NCBI GenBank assembly: GCA_046723645.1
Contig: JBKOUY010000009.1
Coordinates: 1 to 62,071, forward strand
Direction of reading: 5' to 3'
From: Actinomycetota bacterium
GTDB taxonomy: Bacteria; Actinomycetota; Acidimicrobiia; Acidimicrobiales; VFJN01
DNA: 62,071 bases
Shown here in pieces: positions 1-8,597 of this stretch (positions within the stretch are counted from its first letter, which is position 1; each line of letters opens with the position of its first letter). The notes beneath the pieces are model-generated. The model saw only the letters and a program-made list of their open reading frames with translations, made no database searches and had not been told where the DNA came from. The translations under genes and the position numbers were made by a program.

Positions 1-702
1 CCATCCCTCCGCGTGCTCGTGCAGGGCCGTGGCGGTGCGGGGCGACAGCCCCAGTCCGAGGGAGTCGTTGAGAAACCGCCTGGTCTCCTGGGCCGTGAAC
101 GCGAGGTCGGCCTCGCGCAGCTCGAGCAGCTCTCCCCGGGCGCGCAGCGTGCCGAGCGGGAAGGGAGGGTCGACGCGACTCGAGACGACGATGTGGACGT
201 TCGCGGGCTCCCGGGTCAGGAACAGCTCGACCGACCGGTGGCACGCCGAGCTGGTGATCACGTGGTAGTCGTCCAGCACCAGCACGACGTCGCTCTCGAG
301 CGACGCCAGCTCGTTGAGCAGCCGGGGGACGATCGCATCGACGAAGTCCTGCTCCCCGAGGATGCCCGCCGGCGGCGTCAGCGGGGCGGCCGGCTCGATC
401 GCCTGCAGCGCGGCGACGACGTAGTTCCAGAAGAGCATGGGATCGTTGTCGGCGGCGTCGAGCGACACCCATGCCAGCGGGAGCTGGGCCGTTCCCCCCC
501 ATTGGCCCAGCAGCGTCGACTTCCCGAACCCGGGGGGCGCGACGACGAGGATGGGTCCGCCATGCGAGGAGAGGCGGCGGAGGAGCGCGGCCCGCTCGAT
601 CGTGGTCGACGGCAAGCGCGGCACTCCCAGCTTGGTGCCGAGCAGCACGGGCGCCGCCGGTTCCCGTGGCCTCCCGCGCCGTCGCGTGGATCCCCCTGCC
701 AC
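1..702 (-). CDS. MalT-like LuxR-family ATP-dependent transcriptional regulator, N-terminal part (runs off window edge)
   Basis: Hand translation of the minus strand (absent from the ORF track): VLLGTKLGVPRLP...LVVAPPGFGKSTLLGQW (Walker A)...WVSLDAADNDPMLFWNYV...VVLVLDDYHVIT; GTG at 700-702 is the probable start. Confidence 0.85.
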   Translation of the reverse strand, partial: MAGGSTRRRGRPREPAAPVLLGTKLGVPRLPSTTIERAALLRRLSSHGGPILVVAPPGFGKSTLLGQWGGTAQLPLAWVSLDAADNDPMLFWNYVVAALQAIEPAAPLTPPAGILGEQDFVDAIVPRLLNELASLESDVVLVLDDYHVITSSACHRSVELFLTREPANVHIVVSSRVDPPFPLGTLRARGELLELREADLAFTAQETRRFLNDSLGLGLSPRTATALHEHAEGW

Positions 703-802
703 GCAGGCAAGTCTGCCACGACGGCCCTAGTCATACTGGCCCTACCGGCGACCGGTCTCGCGTCGCGGGATGGCGGCGCGGCTGGATGGGATCGCCGGCG
801 GA

Positions 803-902
803 TCAGGGCGACGCCAGGGCGCTCCTGGGATGCTCGGGGAACACCGTCGACCAGTCGTCCCTGATGCTGATCACGGTCCAGCCGTGCGCCCTCGCCTGAT
901 CG
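803..902 (-). pseudogene. C-terminal remnant of a HAD-family hydrolase (acid phosphatase-like)
   Basis: ARAHGWTVISIRDDWSTVFP resembles the conserved C-terminal motif (GWTVVSMKxDWxxVF) of sulfatase-cluster HAD hydrolases; no N-terminal part present. Confidence 0.6.
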
Positions 903-1203
903 GGCCGCTGGCCGCCGCGGCCACGCCGGCGGCGACCAGCGTGGACGCCGTGAGCGTGGCGATGGTCGAGGTGGTGCTGACGCTCAGGACGCGGGAGCCG
1001 CCCAGCAGGGCGTACACGGCCATCGGCACCATGCACGTGTAGAGGCCCACCTGCACGGGCAGGTCGGCGATGGTCGCGTAGGCCATGGCCTGCGGCACCA
1101 CCACCAGGCCGGCGGTGAGGCCACCGACGATGTCGGCGCGCAGCCACGCGCCGCGGTACGTGCGCAGCCAGCCGATCGAGGGGACCACAGCCTGGCTGCG
1201 CAC
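871..1203 (-). pseudogene. SulP/SLC26 anion permease, truncated N-terminal ~100 aa
   Basis: WLRADIVGGLTAGLVVVPQAMAYATIADLPVQVGLYT is the SulP N-terminal signature; full-length members are ~550 aa, this one stops at 110 aa. Confidence 0.85.
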
Positions 1204-1235
1204 GCCGGTCCGCGCGTTGCGCGTCTAGGCCGCGC

Positions 1236-1631
1236 TCACGCGGTGTCGAACTCGTCGGTGGCCGCCAGCAGGGCCCAGATCACCGTCATGTCGATCGCCA
1301 ACACCACGAGCGCCCAGATGGGGGCGACGAAGATCATGAACACTGCCAGCGCCGCGCTGATCGCCGCCCACAGGACGCCGAGGATCTGGCCCATCGGGTG
1401 ACGGACGAAGATCAGGTAGGCGGTGATGAGCTGCAGCACCCCGATGATCAGCCAGAACCATCCCCACGCAGTGATGTTGACGCCGAACAGCACCTCGTTG
1501 AGCGCTTCGGTCTGGTCGTCCTTGCCGATGGCGGCGATGCCGCTCAGGATGTTCCAGATGGCGACAATCGCGGCAACGACGCCTGCGAACGTGACCCAGC
1601 CACTGCGGAACCGTGTGGTTTCCACGTGCAC
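1236..1631 (-). CDS. small 4-TM membrane protein (DUF7144-like)
   Basis: 131 aa, four hydrophobic helices, GWVTFAGV...TAWGWFWLIIG pattern; GGAGG RBS upstream. Confidence 0.75.
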   Translation of the reverse strand: MHVETTRFRSGWVTFAGVVAAIVAIWNILSGIAAIGKDDQTEALNEVLFGVNITAWGWFWLIIGVLQLITAYLIFVRHPMGQILGVLWAAISAALAVFMIFVAPIWALVVLAIDMTVIWALLAATDEFDTA

Positions 1632-1733
1632 CTCCAGGAGTGATGTACGGACGCACCGTGCCGCCTGGGGTGCCCGATTGCCTCACCCCCGCCGGGTGAC
1701 GACCCGTCCAGGGCCCGTCCCGAGCATGGGCCG

Positions 1734-2702
1734 ATGAGCACGAGCCGACCGACGGTCGCCGCCGACGGGGCCGCTCCCGGCCCGCCCCCCGACGCAGGGA
1801 TGGCCTGGGTCCCCGGCGGCACGTTCGTGATGGGCTCGGACCGGCACTACGCCGAGGAGGCACCCGCGCATCGCGTGACCGTCGAGGGCTTCTGGATGGA
1901 CCGGTGCGCGGTCACGAACCACGAGTTCCGCCAGTTCGTCGATGCCACCGGCCACGTGACGGTGGCCGAGCGGGAGCCCGACCCGGCCGACTACCCGGGC
2001 GCCGATCCCGCGCTGCTGGTGCCGGCGTCAGCCGTGTTCCGCAAGCCCCGCCGGCCCGTTGACCTCGGCAACCCCTACAACTGGTGGATCAACGTCCCCG
2101 GCGCGTCGTGGCGCCATCCCCGGGGTCCGCAGAGCTCGCTCAGGGGCCTCGGCGAGCACCCGGTGGTGCACGTCGCGTGGGCCGACGTCGAGGCGTACGC
2201 CGCGTGGGCGGGCAAGGCGCTGCCCAGCGAGGCCGAGTGGGAGCGCGCTGCGCGCGGCGGGCTCGAGGGAGCGGACTACGCCTGGGGCGACGAGCTCACC
2301 CCCGGCGGCAGGCACATGGCCAACGTGTGGCAGGGCGAGTTCCCGCTGCGCAACGAGATGCTCGACGGCTACGAGTACACGGCGCCGGTCCGCTCGTTCC
2401 CGCCCAACGGCTGGGGCCTGTTCGAGATGACGGGCAACGTGTGGGAGTGGACCGTCGACTGGTACCAGGGCCACGGCGAGGTCGCCCACGCCTGCTGCAC
2501 GCTGGACACTCCGCGGGGCGGTGACCGTGAGGCGAGCATCGACGGTGCCGACCCGGCGCGGGTTCCCCGCCGGGTGATCAAGGGTGGCTCGCACCTGTGC
2601 GCGCCGAACTACTGCCGGCGCTATCGCCCGGCGGCACGCATGGCGCAGGCCGTCGATACGGCCACATCGCACGTCGGCTTCCGCTGCATCGTGCGGGCGT
2701 GA
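1734..2702 (+). CDS. formylglycine-generating enzyme family protein (FGE-sulfatase)
   Basis: GGTFVMGSD, HPVVHVAWAD, LPSEAEWERAARGG, MTGNVWEW, and KGGSHLCAPNYCRRYRPAAR with both active-site Cys. Confidence 0.95.
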   Translation: MSTSRPTVAADGAAPGPPPDAGMAWVPGGTFVMGSDRHYAEEAPAHRVTVEGFWMDRCAVTNHEFRQFVDATGHVTVAEREPDPADYPGADPALLVPASAVFRKPRRPVDLGNPYNWWINVPGASWRHPRGPQSSLRGLGEHPVVHVAWADVEAYAAWAGKALPSEAEWERAARGGLEGADYAWGDELTPGGRHMANVWQGEFPLRNEMLDGYEYTAPVRSFPPNGWGLFEMTGNVWEWTVDWYQGHGEVAHACCTLDTPRGGDREASIDGADPARVPRRVIKGGSHLCAPNYCRRYRPAARMAQAVDTATSHVGFRCIVRA

Positions 2703-2726
2703 GCGCCGGGCGCGGGGAGCGCGCCG

Positions 2727-2764
2727 GAAATCGCTTGCGCGGCGGGTGGCGGCCGGGCTGACCT
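2727..2764 (+). promoter_or_regulatory. putative WhiB7/WblC-type promoter (GAAATC-2 nt-TTGCGC -35)
   Basis: GAAATC at 2727-2732 sits 2 nt before TTGCGC (2735-2740); weak -10 candidate TGACCT 18 nt downstream. Confidence 0.4.
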
Positions 2765-2821
2765 GACGGCCGCACCGCCCAACGGGCGGTGCCATAGCGA
2801 GCGGACGGAAGGTGGTGACCG

Positions 2822-2893
2822 ATGCCCAGGTTCACGAGCGCCGGGCGTCGCGCGCCCGGGTGGTCCGTCCGGCCTCCGCGCTGGCTTTCCTGA
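2822..2893 (+). CDS. putative leader peptide (uORF) MPRFTSAGRRAPGWSVRPPRWLS
   Basis: ATG at 2822 preceded by GGAAGGTGGTG RBS-like sequence, TGA at 2891-2893; lies in the leader of the RNHCP gene. Confidence 0.5.
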   Translation: MPRFTSAGRRAPGWSVRPPRWLS

Positions 2894-2974
2894 GAGGGTC
2901 CAGCCCCGGCCACTGAGACGGCGCCCCGGCGGACGCGACGCGGTCCATCGTCCTGCTGTCTCGGAGGTCTTCCC

Positions 2975-3343
2975 TTGTCGCGCGATCAGCGCATCTCCCG
3001 CCGGCGCTCGCCCACATCGTTCCGGTGCCGCAACTGTCGGCTCGACGTTCCCGTCGACGCGCCGGGCACCGCCCACCGCAACCACTGTCCCAACTGCCTG
3101 TGGAGCCGCCACGTCGACGACTCGCCGGGCGATCGGGCCGCGCTCTGCGGCTCGTCGATGGAGCCGATCGCCATCTGCGTGCGCGGCGCGGGCGAGTGGG
3201 TCCTGGTCCACCGCTGCCTCGGCTGCGACATCGTGCACCTCAACCGCATCGCCGGCGACGACAACCCGTTGCTGCTGGTGCGCATCGCCGTCGGCCCGCT
3301 GGCGCAGCCGCCCTTCCCGCTCGACGTGCTCGGTCGCCTATGA
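2975..3343 (+). CDS. RNHCP domain-containing Zn-finger protein
   Basis: FRCRNC...GTAHRNHCPNCLWSRHVD..PGDRAALCGSSMEPI...HRCLGC...NRIAGDDN; TTG start with GGAGG RBS. Confidence 0.92.
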   Translation: MSRDQRISRRRSPTSFRCRNCRLDVPVDAPGTAHRNHCPNCLWSRHVDDSPGDRAALCGSSMEPIAICVRGAGEWVLVHRCLGCDIVHLNRIAGDDNPLLLVRIAVGPLAQPPFPLDVLGRL

Positions 3344-3346
3344 CGC

Positions 3347-6046
3347 CTACAGGTCGAACCGGCGGGGGTCGGTGCACTCCGGGTCGATGCCGTAGTGCGC
3401 GATGGCCTCGGCCACCGTCTCGGCCTTGACCTCGCCGTGCTGGGCAAGTGCCCACAGCGTGGCCACGACCACGTGCCGCATGTCGATCTCGAAGAACTGC
3501 CGCAGCTTCTCGCGGGTGTCGGAGCGGCCGAAGCCGTCGGTGCCCAGCGGCACGAACGGCTGGCGCACCCAGCGCGAGACCTGGTCCGGCACCGCCTTCA
3601 TGAAGTCGGTCACCGCGACCACCGGCCCGCCCTCGGCGCCTAGCAGCTGGGTGACCAGCGGCGTCCGAGGCGGCTCGGTGGGGTGGAGCCGGTTCCAGCG
3701 TTCGGCCGTGAGCGCCTCCTCGCGCAGCCGCTTGTAGCTGGTCGCCGACCACAGGTCGGCGCCGACGTCCCAGCGCTCGGCCAGCTCTGCCTGCGCAGCC
3801 CGGGCCGCACCCTGCGCCGTGCCCGAGAACAGGATCGTCGCCCGGTGCGCCGGCCCGTCGGGCGCATCGGCCCAGCGGTACAGGCCCTGGATGATGCCGT
3901 CCTCCACGCCTTCGGGCATCGGCGGCATCACGTAGTTCTCGTTGTAGAGCGTGAGGTAGTGGATGACGTCGCGCTCGTCCACGAGCATCTCCCGGATGCC
4001 GTGGCGGATGATCGTCGCCATCTCGTACGCGAACGCCGGGTCCCACGCCTCGACCGTCGGATGGGTCGAGGCCAGGATCAGGCTGTGGCCGTCCTGGTGC
4101 TGCAGGCCCTCGCCGAGGAGTGTCGTGCGGCCGGCGGTGGCACCCAGCAGGAAGCCCCGGGCCCGGGAGTCGTTGGCCGACCAGATGAGGTCGCCGACGC
4201 GCTGGAACCCGAACATCGAGTAGAAGGTGAAGAACGGCAGCATGGGCACGCCGCGGTGGGCGTACGAGGTGGCGGCGGCGATGAACGACGCCATCGACCC
4301 GGCCTCGGTGATGCCTTCCTCGAGGACCTGGCCGTTTTTGGCCTCGGTGTACGACAGCAACAGCTGGGCGTCGACCGGCTCGTAGACCTGGCCCTGGGCG
4401 GCGTAGATCTTGAACTCCTTGAACAGTGCGTCCATCCCGAAGGTGCGGGCCTCGTCGGGGATGATCGGAACCACCCGGGGGCCAAGCTTGGGATCACGGC
4501 ACAGGTTCCGCAGCAGGCGGGTGAACGCCATGGTGGTCGACACCTCCTGCTTGCCGGACCCGGCCAGGACCTCGGCGAACGGCTTGTCCTCCGGCATCCC
4601 GAGGGCCCGCTTGGTGGTGACGACGCGGCTGGGCAACGGCCCGTCGAGCGCCTTGCGGCGGTCCATGAGGTAGCCGTTTTCGATCGTGCCTTCGTCGAAG
4701 CGGATGTACGGCGGCTCCTTGTCGTCGGCCAGCGCCTCCTCCGGGATCACGTCCTGGAGGTAGAGGCGCTCGCGGAGAACCCGCAGCTGGTCGACGGTCA
4801 TCTTCTTGATCTGGTGGGTGGCGTTGCGGCCCTCGACGTCGGGGCCGAGCGTCCAGCCCTTGATGGTCTTGGCGAGGATGACGGTTGGCGCCCCCGTCTG
4901 CTCGGCGGCGGCCTTGTAGGCCGAGTAGAGCTTGCGGTAGTCGTGCCCGCCGCGGGGGAGCGTGCGCAGCTCGTCGTCGGACAGGCGCTCGACCATCTTG
5001 CGCAGCCGCGGGTCGGGCCCGAAGAAGTGCTCGCGGATGTAGGCACCCGACTCGACGGCGTAGCGCTGGAACTCGCCGTCGACGGTGGTGTTCATCTTGT
5101 TGAGTAGCACGTGGTCGCGGTCCTGCATCAACAGCTGGTCCCACTTGGAGCCCCAGATGACCTTGATGACGTTCCAGCCGGCACCGCGGAAGATGGCCTC
5201 CAGCTCCTGGATGATCTTGCCGTTGCCTCGCACCGGCCCGTCGAGGCGCTGCAGGTTGCAGTTCACGACCCAGATGAGGTTGTCGAGTTGCTCGCGGGCG
5301 GGAAGCGACAGGGCGCCGAGGGTCTCCGGCTCGTCGACCTCGCCGTCGCCGACGAAGCACCACACCCGGCTGCCGCTGGTGTCGTCGATCTTGCGGTTGT
5401 GGAGGTACCGCAGGAAGCGGGCGTGGTAGATCGAGTTGAGCGGGCCAAGGCCCATCGACACAGTCGGGTACTCCCAGAAGTCGGGCATGAGCCGCGGGTG
5501 CGGGTAGCTCGCCAGCCCGGCGCCGTCGACCTCCTGGCGAAAGCCATCGAGCTCCTGCTCGGTGATCCGGCCCTCGAGGAAGGCCCGGGCGTAGATGCCG
5601 GGTGCCGCGTGGCCCTGGATGTAGACGGCGTCGCCGGCGAGGCCGTCCTCCTTGCCGCGGAAGAACCAGTTGAACCCGACGTCGTAGAGGGCCGCCGAGG
5701 AGGCGAAGGTCGACAGGTGCCCGCCGATGCCCTCGGCGTGCTTGTTGGCCTTGATGACCATGACGGCGGCGTTCCACCGGATGTAGGCGCGGATGCGGCG
5801 CTCGAGGTCCTCGTCGCCCGGGAACCAGGGCTCCTCCTCCGCCGGGATGGTGTTGACGTACGGCGTCGACACGGTGGCCGGCGTGCCCACCTGCAGCTCG
5901 CGGGCGCGCTCGAGCAGCTTGGACATCAGGAACCGGGCACGGGTCTTGCCGTGGGCGTCGACGACCGCGTCGAGGGAGTCGAGCCATTCGCGGGTCTCGG
6001 AGGGGTCGGTGTCCGGAAGCTGGTGGACGAACCCGTCAATGATCAT
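3347..6046 (-). CDS. aceE: pyruvate dehydrogenase E1 component, homodimeric type
   Basis: DTDPSETREWLDS, TPYVNTI, IGGHLSTFAS, PTVSMGLGP, TPP motif GDGEVDEPE...NCNLQRLDGPV, GTDGFGRSDTR; start re-assigned to ATG 6046 (899 aa). Confidence 0.97.
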   Translation of the reverse strand: MIIDGFVHQLPDTDPSETREWLDSLDAVVDAHGKTRARFLMSKLLERARELQVGTPATVSTPYVNTIPAEEEPWFPGDEDLERRIRAYIRWNAAVMVIKANKHAEGIGGHLSTFASSAALYDVGFNWFFRGKEDGLAGDAVYIQGHAAPGIYARAFLEGRITEQELDGFRQEVDGAGLASYPHPRLMPDFWEYPTVSMGLGPLNSIYHARFLRYLHNRKIDDTSGSRVWCFVGDGEVDEPETLGALSLPAREQLDNLIWVVNCNLQRLDGPVRGNGKIIQELEAIFRGAGWNVIKVIWGSKWDQLLMQDRDHVLLNKMNTTVDGEFQRYAVESGAYIREHFFGPDPRLRKMVERLSDDELRTLPRGGHDYRKLYSAYKAAAEQTGAPTVILAKTIKGWTLGPDVEGRNATHQIKKMTVDQLRVLRERLYLQDVIPEEALADDKEPPYIRFDEGTIENGYLMDRRKALDGPLPSRVVTTKRALGMPEDKPFAEVLAGSGKQEVSTTMAFTRLLRNLCRDPKLGPRVVPIIPDEARTFGMDALFKEFKIYAAQGQVYEPVDAQLLLSYTEAKNGQVLEEGITEAGSMASFIAAATSYAHRGVPMLPFFTFYSMFGFQRVGDLIWSANDSRARGFLLGATAGRTTLLGEGLQHQDGHSLILASTHPTVEAWDPAFAYEMATIIRHGIREMLVDERDVIHYLTLYNENYVMPPMPEGVEDGIIQGLYRWADAPDGPAHRATILFSGTAQGAARAAQAELAERWDVGADLWSATSYKRLREEALTAERWNRLHPTEPPRTPLVTQLLGAEGGPVVAVTDFMKAVPDQVSRWVRQPFVPLGTDGFGRSDTREKLRQFFEIDMRHVVVATLWALAQHGEVKAETVAEAIAHYGIDPECTDPRRFDL

Positions 6047-6079
6047 GGGTCCATGCTGGCACCGCCGTGACCGAATCGA

Positions 6080-6200
6080 AACGAGTCGGCCGCAGGCCGA
6101 CTCCACCACGGGGTGGCGGGTGGGGGTCGGGCCGGAACGAGTCGGCCGACGGCCGACGCCACCACGGGGCGGCGGGTGGGGGTCGGGCCGGAACGAGCCG
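6080..6200. repeat. 56-bp tandem repeat (2 copies plus partial third) with internal hairpins
   Basis: Units beginning AACGAG at 6080, 6136 and 6192; each full unit contains the stem GTCGGCC...GGCCGAC followed by CCACCACGGGGyGGCGGGTGGGGGTCGGGCCG. Confidence 0.9.
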
Positions 6201-6238
6201 CCCCATCGGGGGCCGCATAGGGTGCCGACGTGCCCGCC

Positions 6239-6688
6239 ATGCCGACGACGCCCGCCATCGTGTTCACCGACGGCGCCTGCCTCGGCAACCCCGGGCCGGG
6301 GGGGTGGGCCTGGGCCGAGGAGGGCGGCGCCTTCGCATCCGGCCACGAGCCCTCCACCACCAACCAGCGCATGGAGATCACCGCGGCGTACGAGGCGGTG
6401 CGCGCCCACCCCGGGCCGCTCGAGGTGGTGAGCGACTCCGCCTACGTCGTCAACTGCTTCCGCGACCGCTGGTGGGAGGGGTGGATCCGCCGGGGCTGGG
6501 TCAACTCCGCCCGTAAGCCGGTGGCCAACCGCGACCTCTGGGAACCGTTCGTCGAGCTGGTGCGGGCCCGGGGCGATGTGACCTTTCGGTGGATCAAGGG
6601 CCACGCAGGCCACCCCATGAACGAGCTCGTGGACCGGCTCGCCGTCGAGGCCGCCCAGACCCAGCGGTCGAGATCGGGCGCCCACTAG
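6239..6688 (+). CDS. rnhA: ribonuclease HI
   Basis: FTDGACLGNPGPGGW, TTNQRMEI, SDSAYV, NRDLW, WIKGHAGHPMNELVDRLA; all acidic catalytic residues present. Confidence 0.95.
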   Translation: MPTTPAIVFTDGACLGNPGPGGWAWAEEGGAFASGHEPSTTNQRMEITAAYEAVRAHPGPLEVVSDSAYVVNCFRDRWWEGWIRRGWVNSARKPVANRDLWEPFVELVRARGDVTFRWIKGHAGHPMNELVDRLAVEAAQTQRSRSGAH

Positions 6689-6698
6689 GCGGGGGACC

Positions 6699-8597
6699 GT
6701 GCGGATCGGCGTCGACACCGGGGGCACGTTCACCGACCTGGTCACGGCCGGCGGGGACGTGGTCAAGGTGCTGTCGACGCCCGAGGACCCGGTCCTCGCC
6801 GTGCGCGATGCGATCGCCGACGCCACGCCGGCGGGATCGGCGGTCCGACCAGAGCTCCTGGCGCACGGCACCACCGTCGCCACCAACGCCCTCCTGGAGC
6901 GCCGGGGCGCAGCCGTGGCCCTGGTGACGACCGAGGGGCTCGCGGACGTCATCGAGATCGGCCGCCAGGATCGGCCGTCGCTCTACGATCAGCTCGCGTC
7001 GCGCCCCGAGCCCCTGGTGCCACGCGCCTGGCGCTACGAGGTCGCCGGCCGCTTGGCTGCCGAGGGCTCCGAGCTGGCGCCCATCGACCCCGGCGGGCTC
7101 CCGGCCCTCGACCCCGCGGTGGAGGCGGTGGCGATCTGCCTGCTCCATGCCGACATCGAGCCCGCGCACGAGCGCGCGGTGGCCCATGAGTTGCGCGCCC
7201 GCGGCCACGACGTGAGCTGCTCTCACGAGGTGTCCCCCGAGATGCGCGAGGTCGAGCGCACGGTGACGACCGTGATCAACGCCGCGCTGCGGCCGCGTTG
7301 CCGGGCGTACCTGCGAGGCATCGCCGACGTCGCCGACGAGGCCCTGGTCATGACCTCGGCCGGCGGGCTCGTCCCGGCGGCGGAGGCCGCGGAGCTGCCG
7401 GCGGCGTTGCTGCTGTCGGGGCCCGCCGGCGGGGTGCGGGCGGGGGCCGCGGCGGCGGTCGCGAACGGGTTTCCCGACGCCGTCACCTTCGACATGGGCG
7501 GCACGTCGACCGACGTGTGCCTCGTGCTCGGGGGGAGCCCGGCGTCCGCGGCCGAGCGGGAGGTCGCGGGGTTCACGGTGCGGTTCCCGGCTCTCGACGT
7601 GCACACCATCGGCGCCGGGGGTGGATCGATCGCTCGGATCGACCCGGGCGGCGCGCTGGTCGTCGGCCCGCAGAGCGCGGGCGCCGACCCCGGGCCGGCG
7701 TGCTACGGGCGGGGCGGTGTCGCCGCCACCGTCACCGACGCCAACCTGGTCGCCGGGCGGATCACCGCCGACGCCGCCTTCGGGGGCCTGCGGCTCGATG
7801 TCGGCGCCGCGCAGGCGGCGCTGGATCGTGCGGGGGTGACCGCCGGCGGCGTCATTGCGGTGGTCGACGCCAACATGGAGCGTGCGCTGCGCGCCGTGTC
7901 GGTGGAGCGCGGCGTCGACCCCGGGCGCCTGGCGCTGGTGGCCTTCGGCGGCGCCGGGCCGCTGCACGCGTGCGCGCTGGCGGAGGCGCTCGGGATGGCC
8001 GCGGTGATCGTGCCGGCGAGGGCGGGCGTGTTGTCCGCCGTCGGGCTGCTGACCGCTCCCCGGCGCCGGGATGCCGTGCGGTCGTGGCCGACACCGCACG
8101 ATCACGCGGGCCTGCCGGAGGCGCTGGCGCTGCTGGCGAAGGAGGCCGCCGGGCTGGTGGGTCGGACCGACGGAGGCGGCGCCGCCACAACGGTGGAGAC
8201 CGCCGTGGACTGCCGCTACCGCGGCCAGAGCCACGAGCTGACCGTGCCCACCGTCGCCGAGTTCCACGACGAGCACCGCCGCCGCAACGGCTACGCCCGC
8301 CCCGACGAGCGAGTGGAGGTCGTGGCGCTGAGGGCCGTGGCGACGCGGCCCCCGCCGGTCGGGCCCGACGACCTGCCGGCGGCCACGCGCCCCGACGGCG
8401 AGCTGGCCGGGCCGGCCGTCGTCGCCGAGCCGGACTGCACGATCTGGGTCGCCGGCGGCTGGACGGCGCGCGCCGGCGCCGGTGGGGCGCTGGTGATGCA
8501 TCGCATCGGCCTGTCTGACGACCCCACGCGGACTTCCTGGCGCAGTTCTGGTTGCTGCGCAACCAATTCGGCGCCAGGAACCGGGCCCGAGCCATGA
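6699..8597 (+). CDS. hydantoinase/oxoprolinase subunit A
   Basis: IGVDTGGTFTD, HGTTVATNALLER, LSGPAGGV, DMGGTSTD, IGAGGGSI, FGGAGPLH, RYRGQSHEL. Confidence 0.95.
   Translation: MRIGVDTGGTFTDLVTAGGDVVKVLSTPEDPVLAVRDAIADATPAGSAVRPELLAHGTTVATNALLERRGAAVALVTTEGLADVIEIGRQDRPSLYDQLASRPEPLVPRAWRYEVAGRLAAEGSELAPIDPGGLPALDPAVEAVAICLLHADIEPAHERAVAHELRARGHDVSCSHEVSPEMREVERTVTTVINAALRPRCRAYLRGIADVADEALVMTSAGGLVPAAEAAELPAALLLSGPAGGVRAGAAAAVANGFPDAVTFDMGGTSTDVCLVLGGSPASAAEREVAGFTVRFPALDVHTIGAGGGSIARIDPGGALVVGPQSAGADPGPACYGRGGVAATVTDANLVAGRITADAAFGGLRLDVGAAQAALDRAGVTAGGVIAVVDANMERALRAVSVERGVDPGRLALVAFGGAGPLHACALAEALGMAAVIVPARAGVLSAVGLLTAPRRRDAVRSWPTPHDHAGLPEALALLAKEAAGLVGRTDGGGAATTVETAVDCRYRGQSHELTVPTVAEFHDEHRRRNGYARPDERVEVVALRAVATRPPPVGPDDLPAATRPDGELAGPAVVAEPDCTIWVAGGWTARAGAGGALVMHRIGLSDDPTRTSWRSSGCCATNSAPGTGPEP
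8534..8580. repeat. REP-like nested inverted repeat at the junction of the hydantoinase A and B genes
   Basis: TTCCTGGCGC (8534-8543) pairs with GCGCCAGGAA (8571-8580); inner stem TGGTTG/CAACCA. Confidence 0.6.

Noticed and set aside
6080-6200. Possible CRISPR array
   Set aside because: Units are contiguous near-identical tandem copies without unique spacers, and there are no cas genes
6047-6952. 300-aa N-terminal extension of AceE in the 1201-aa ORF
   Set aside because: It overlaps rnhA and hydantoinase A on the opposite strand; recognisable AceE begins at ATG 6046
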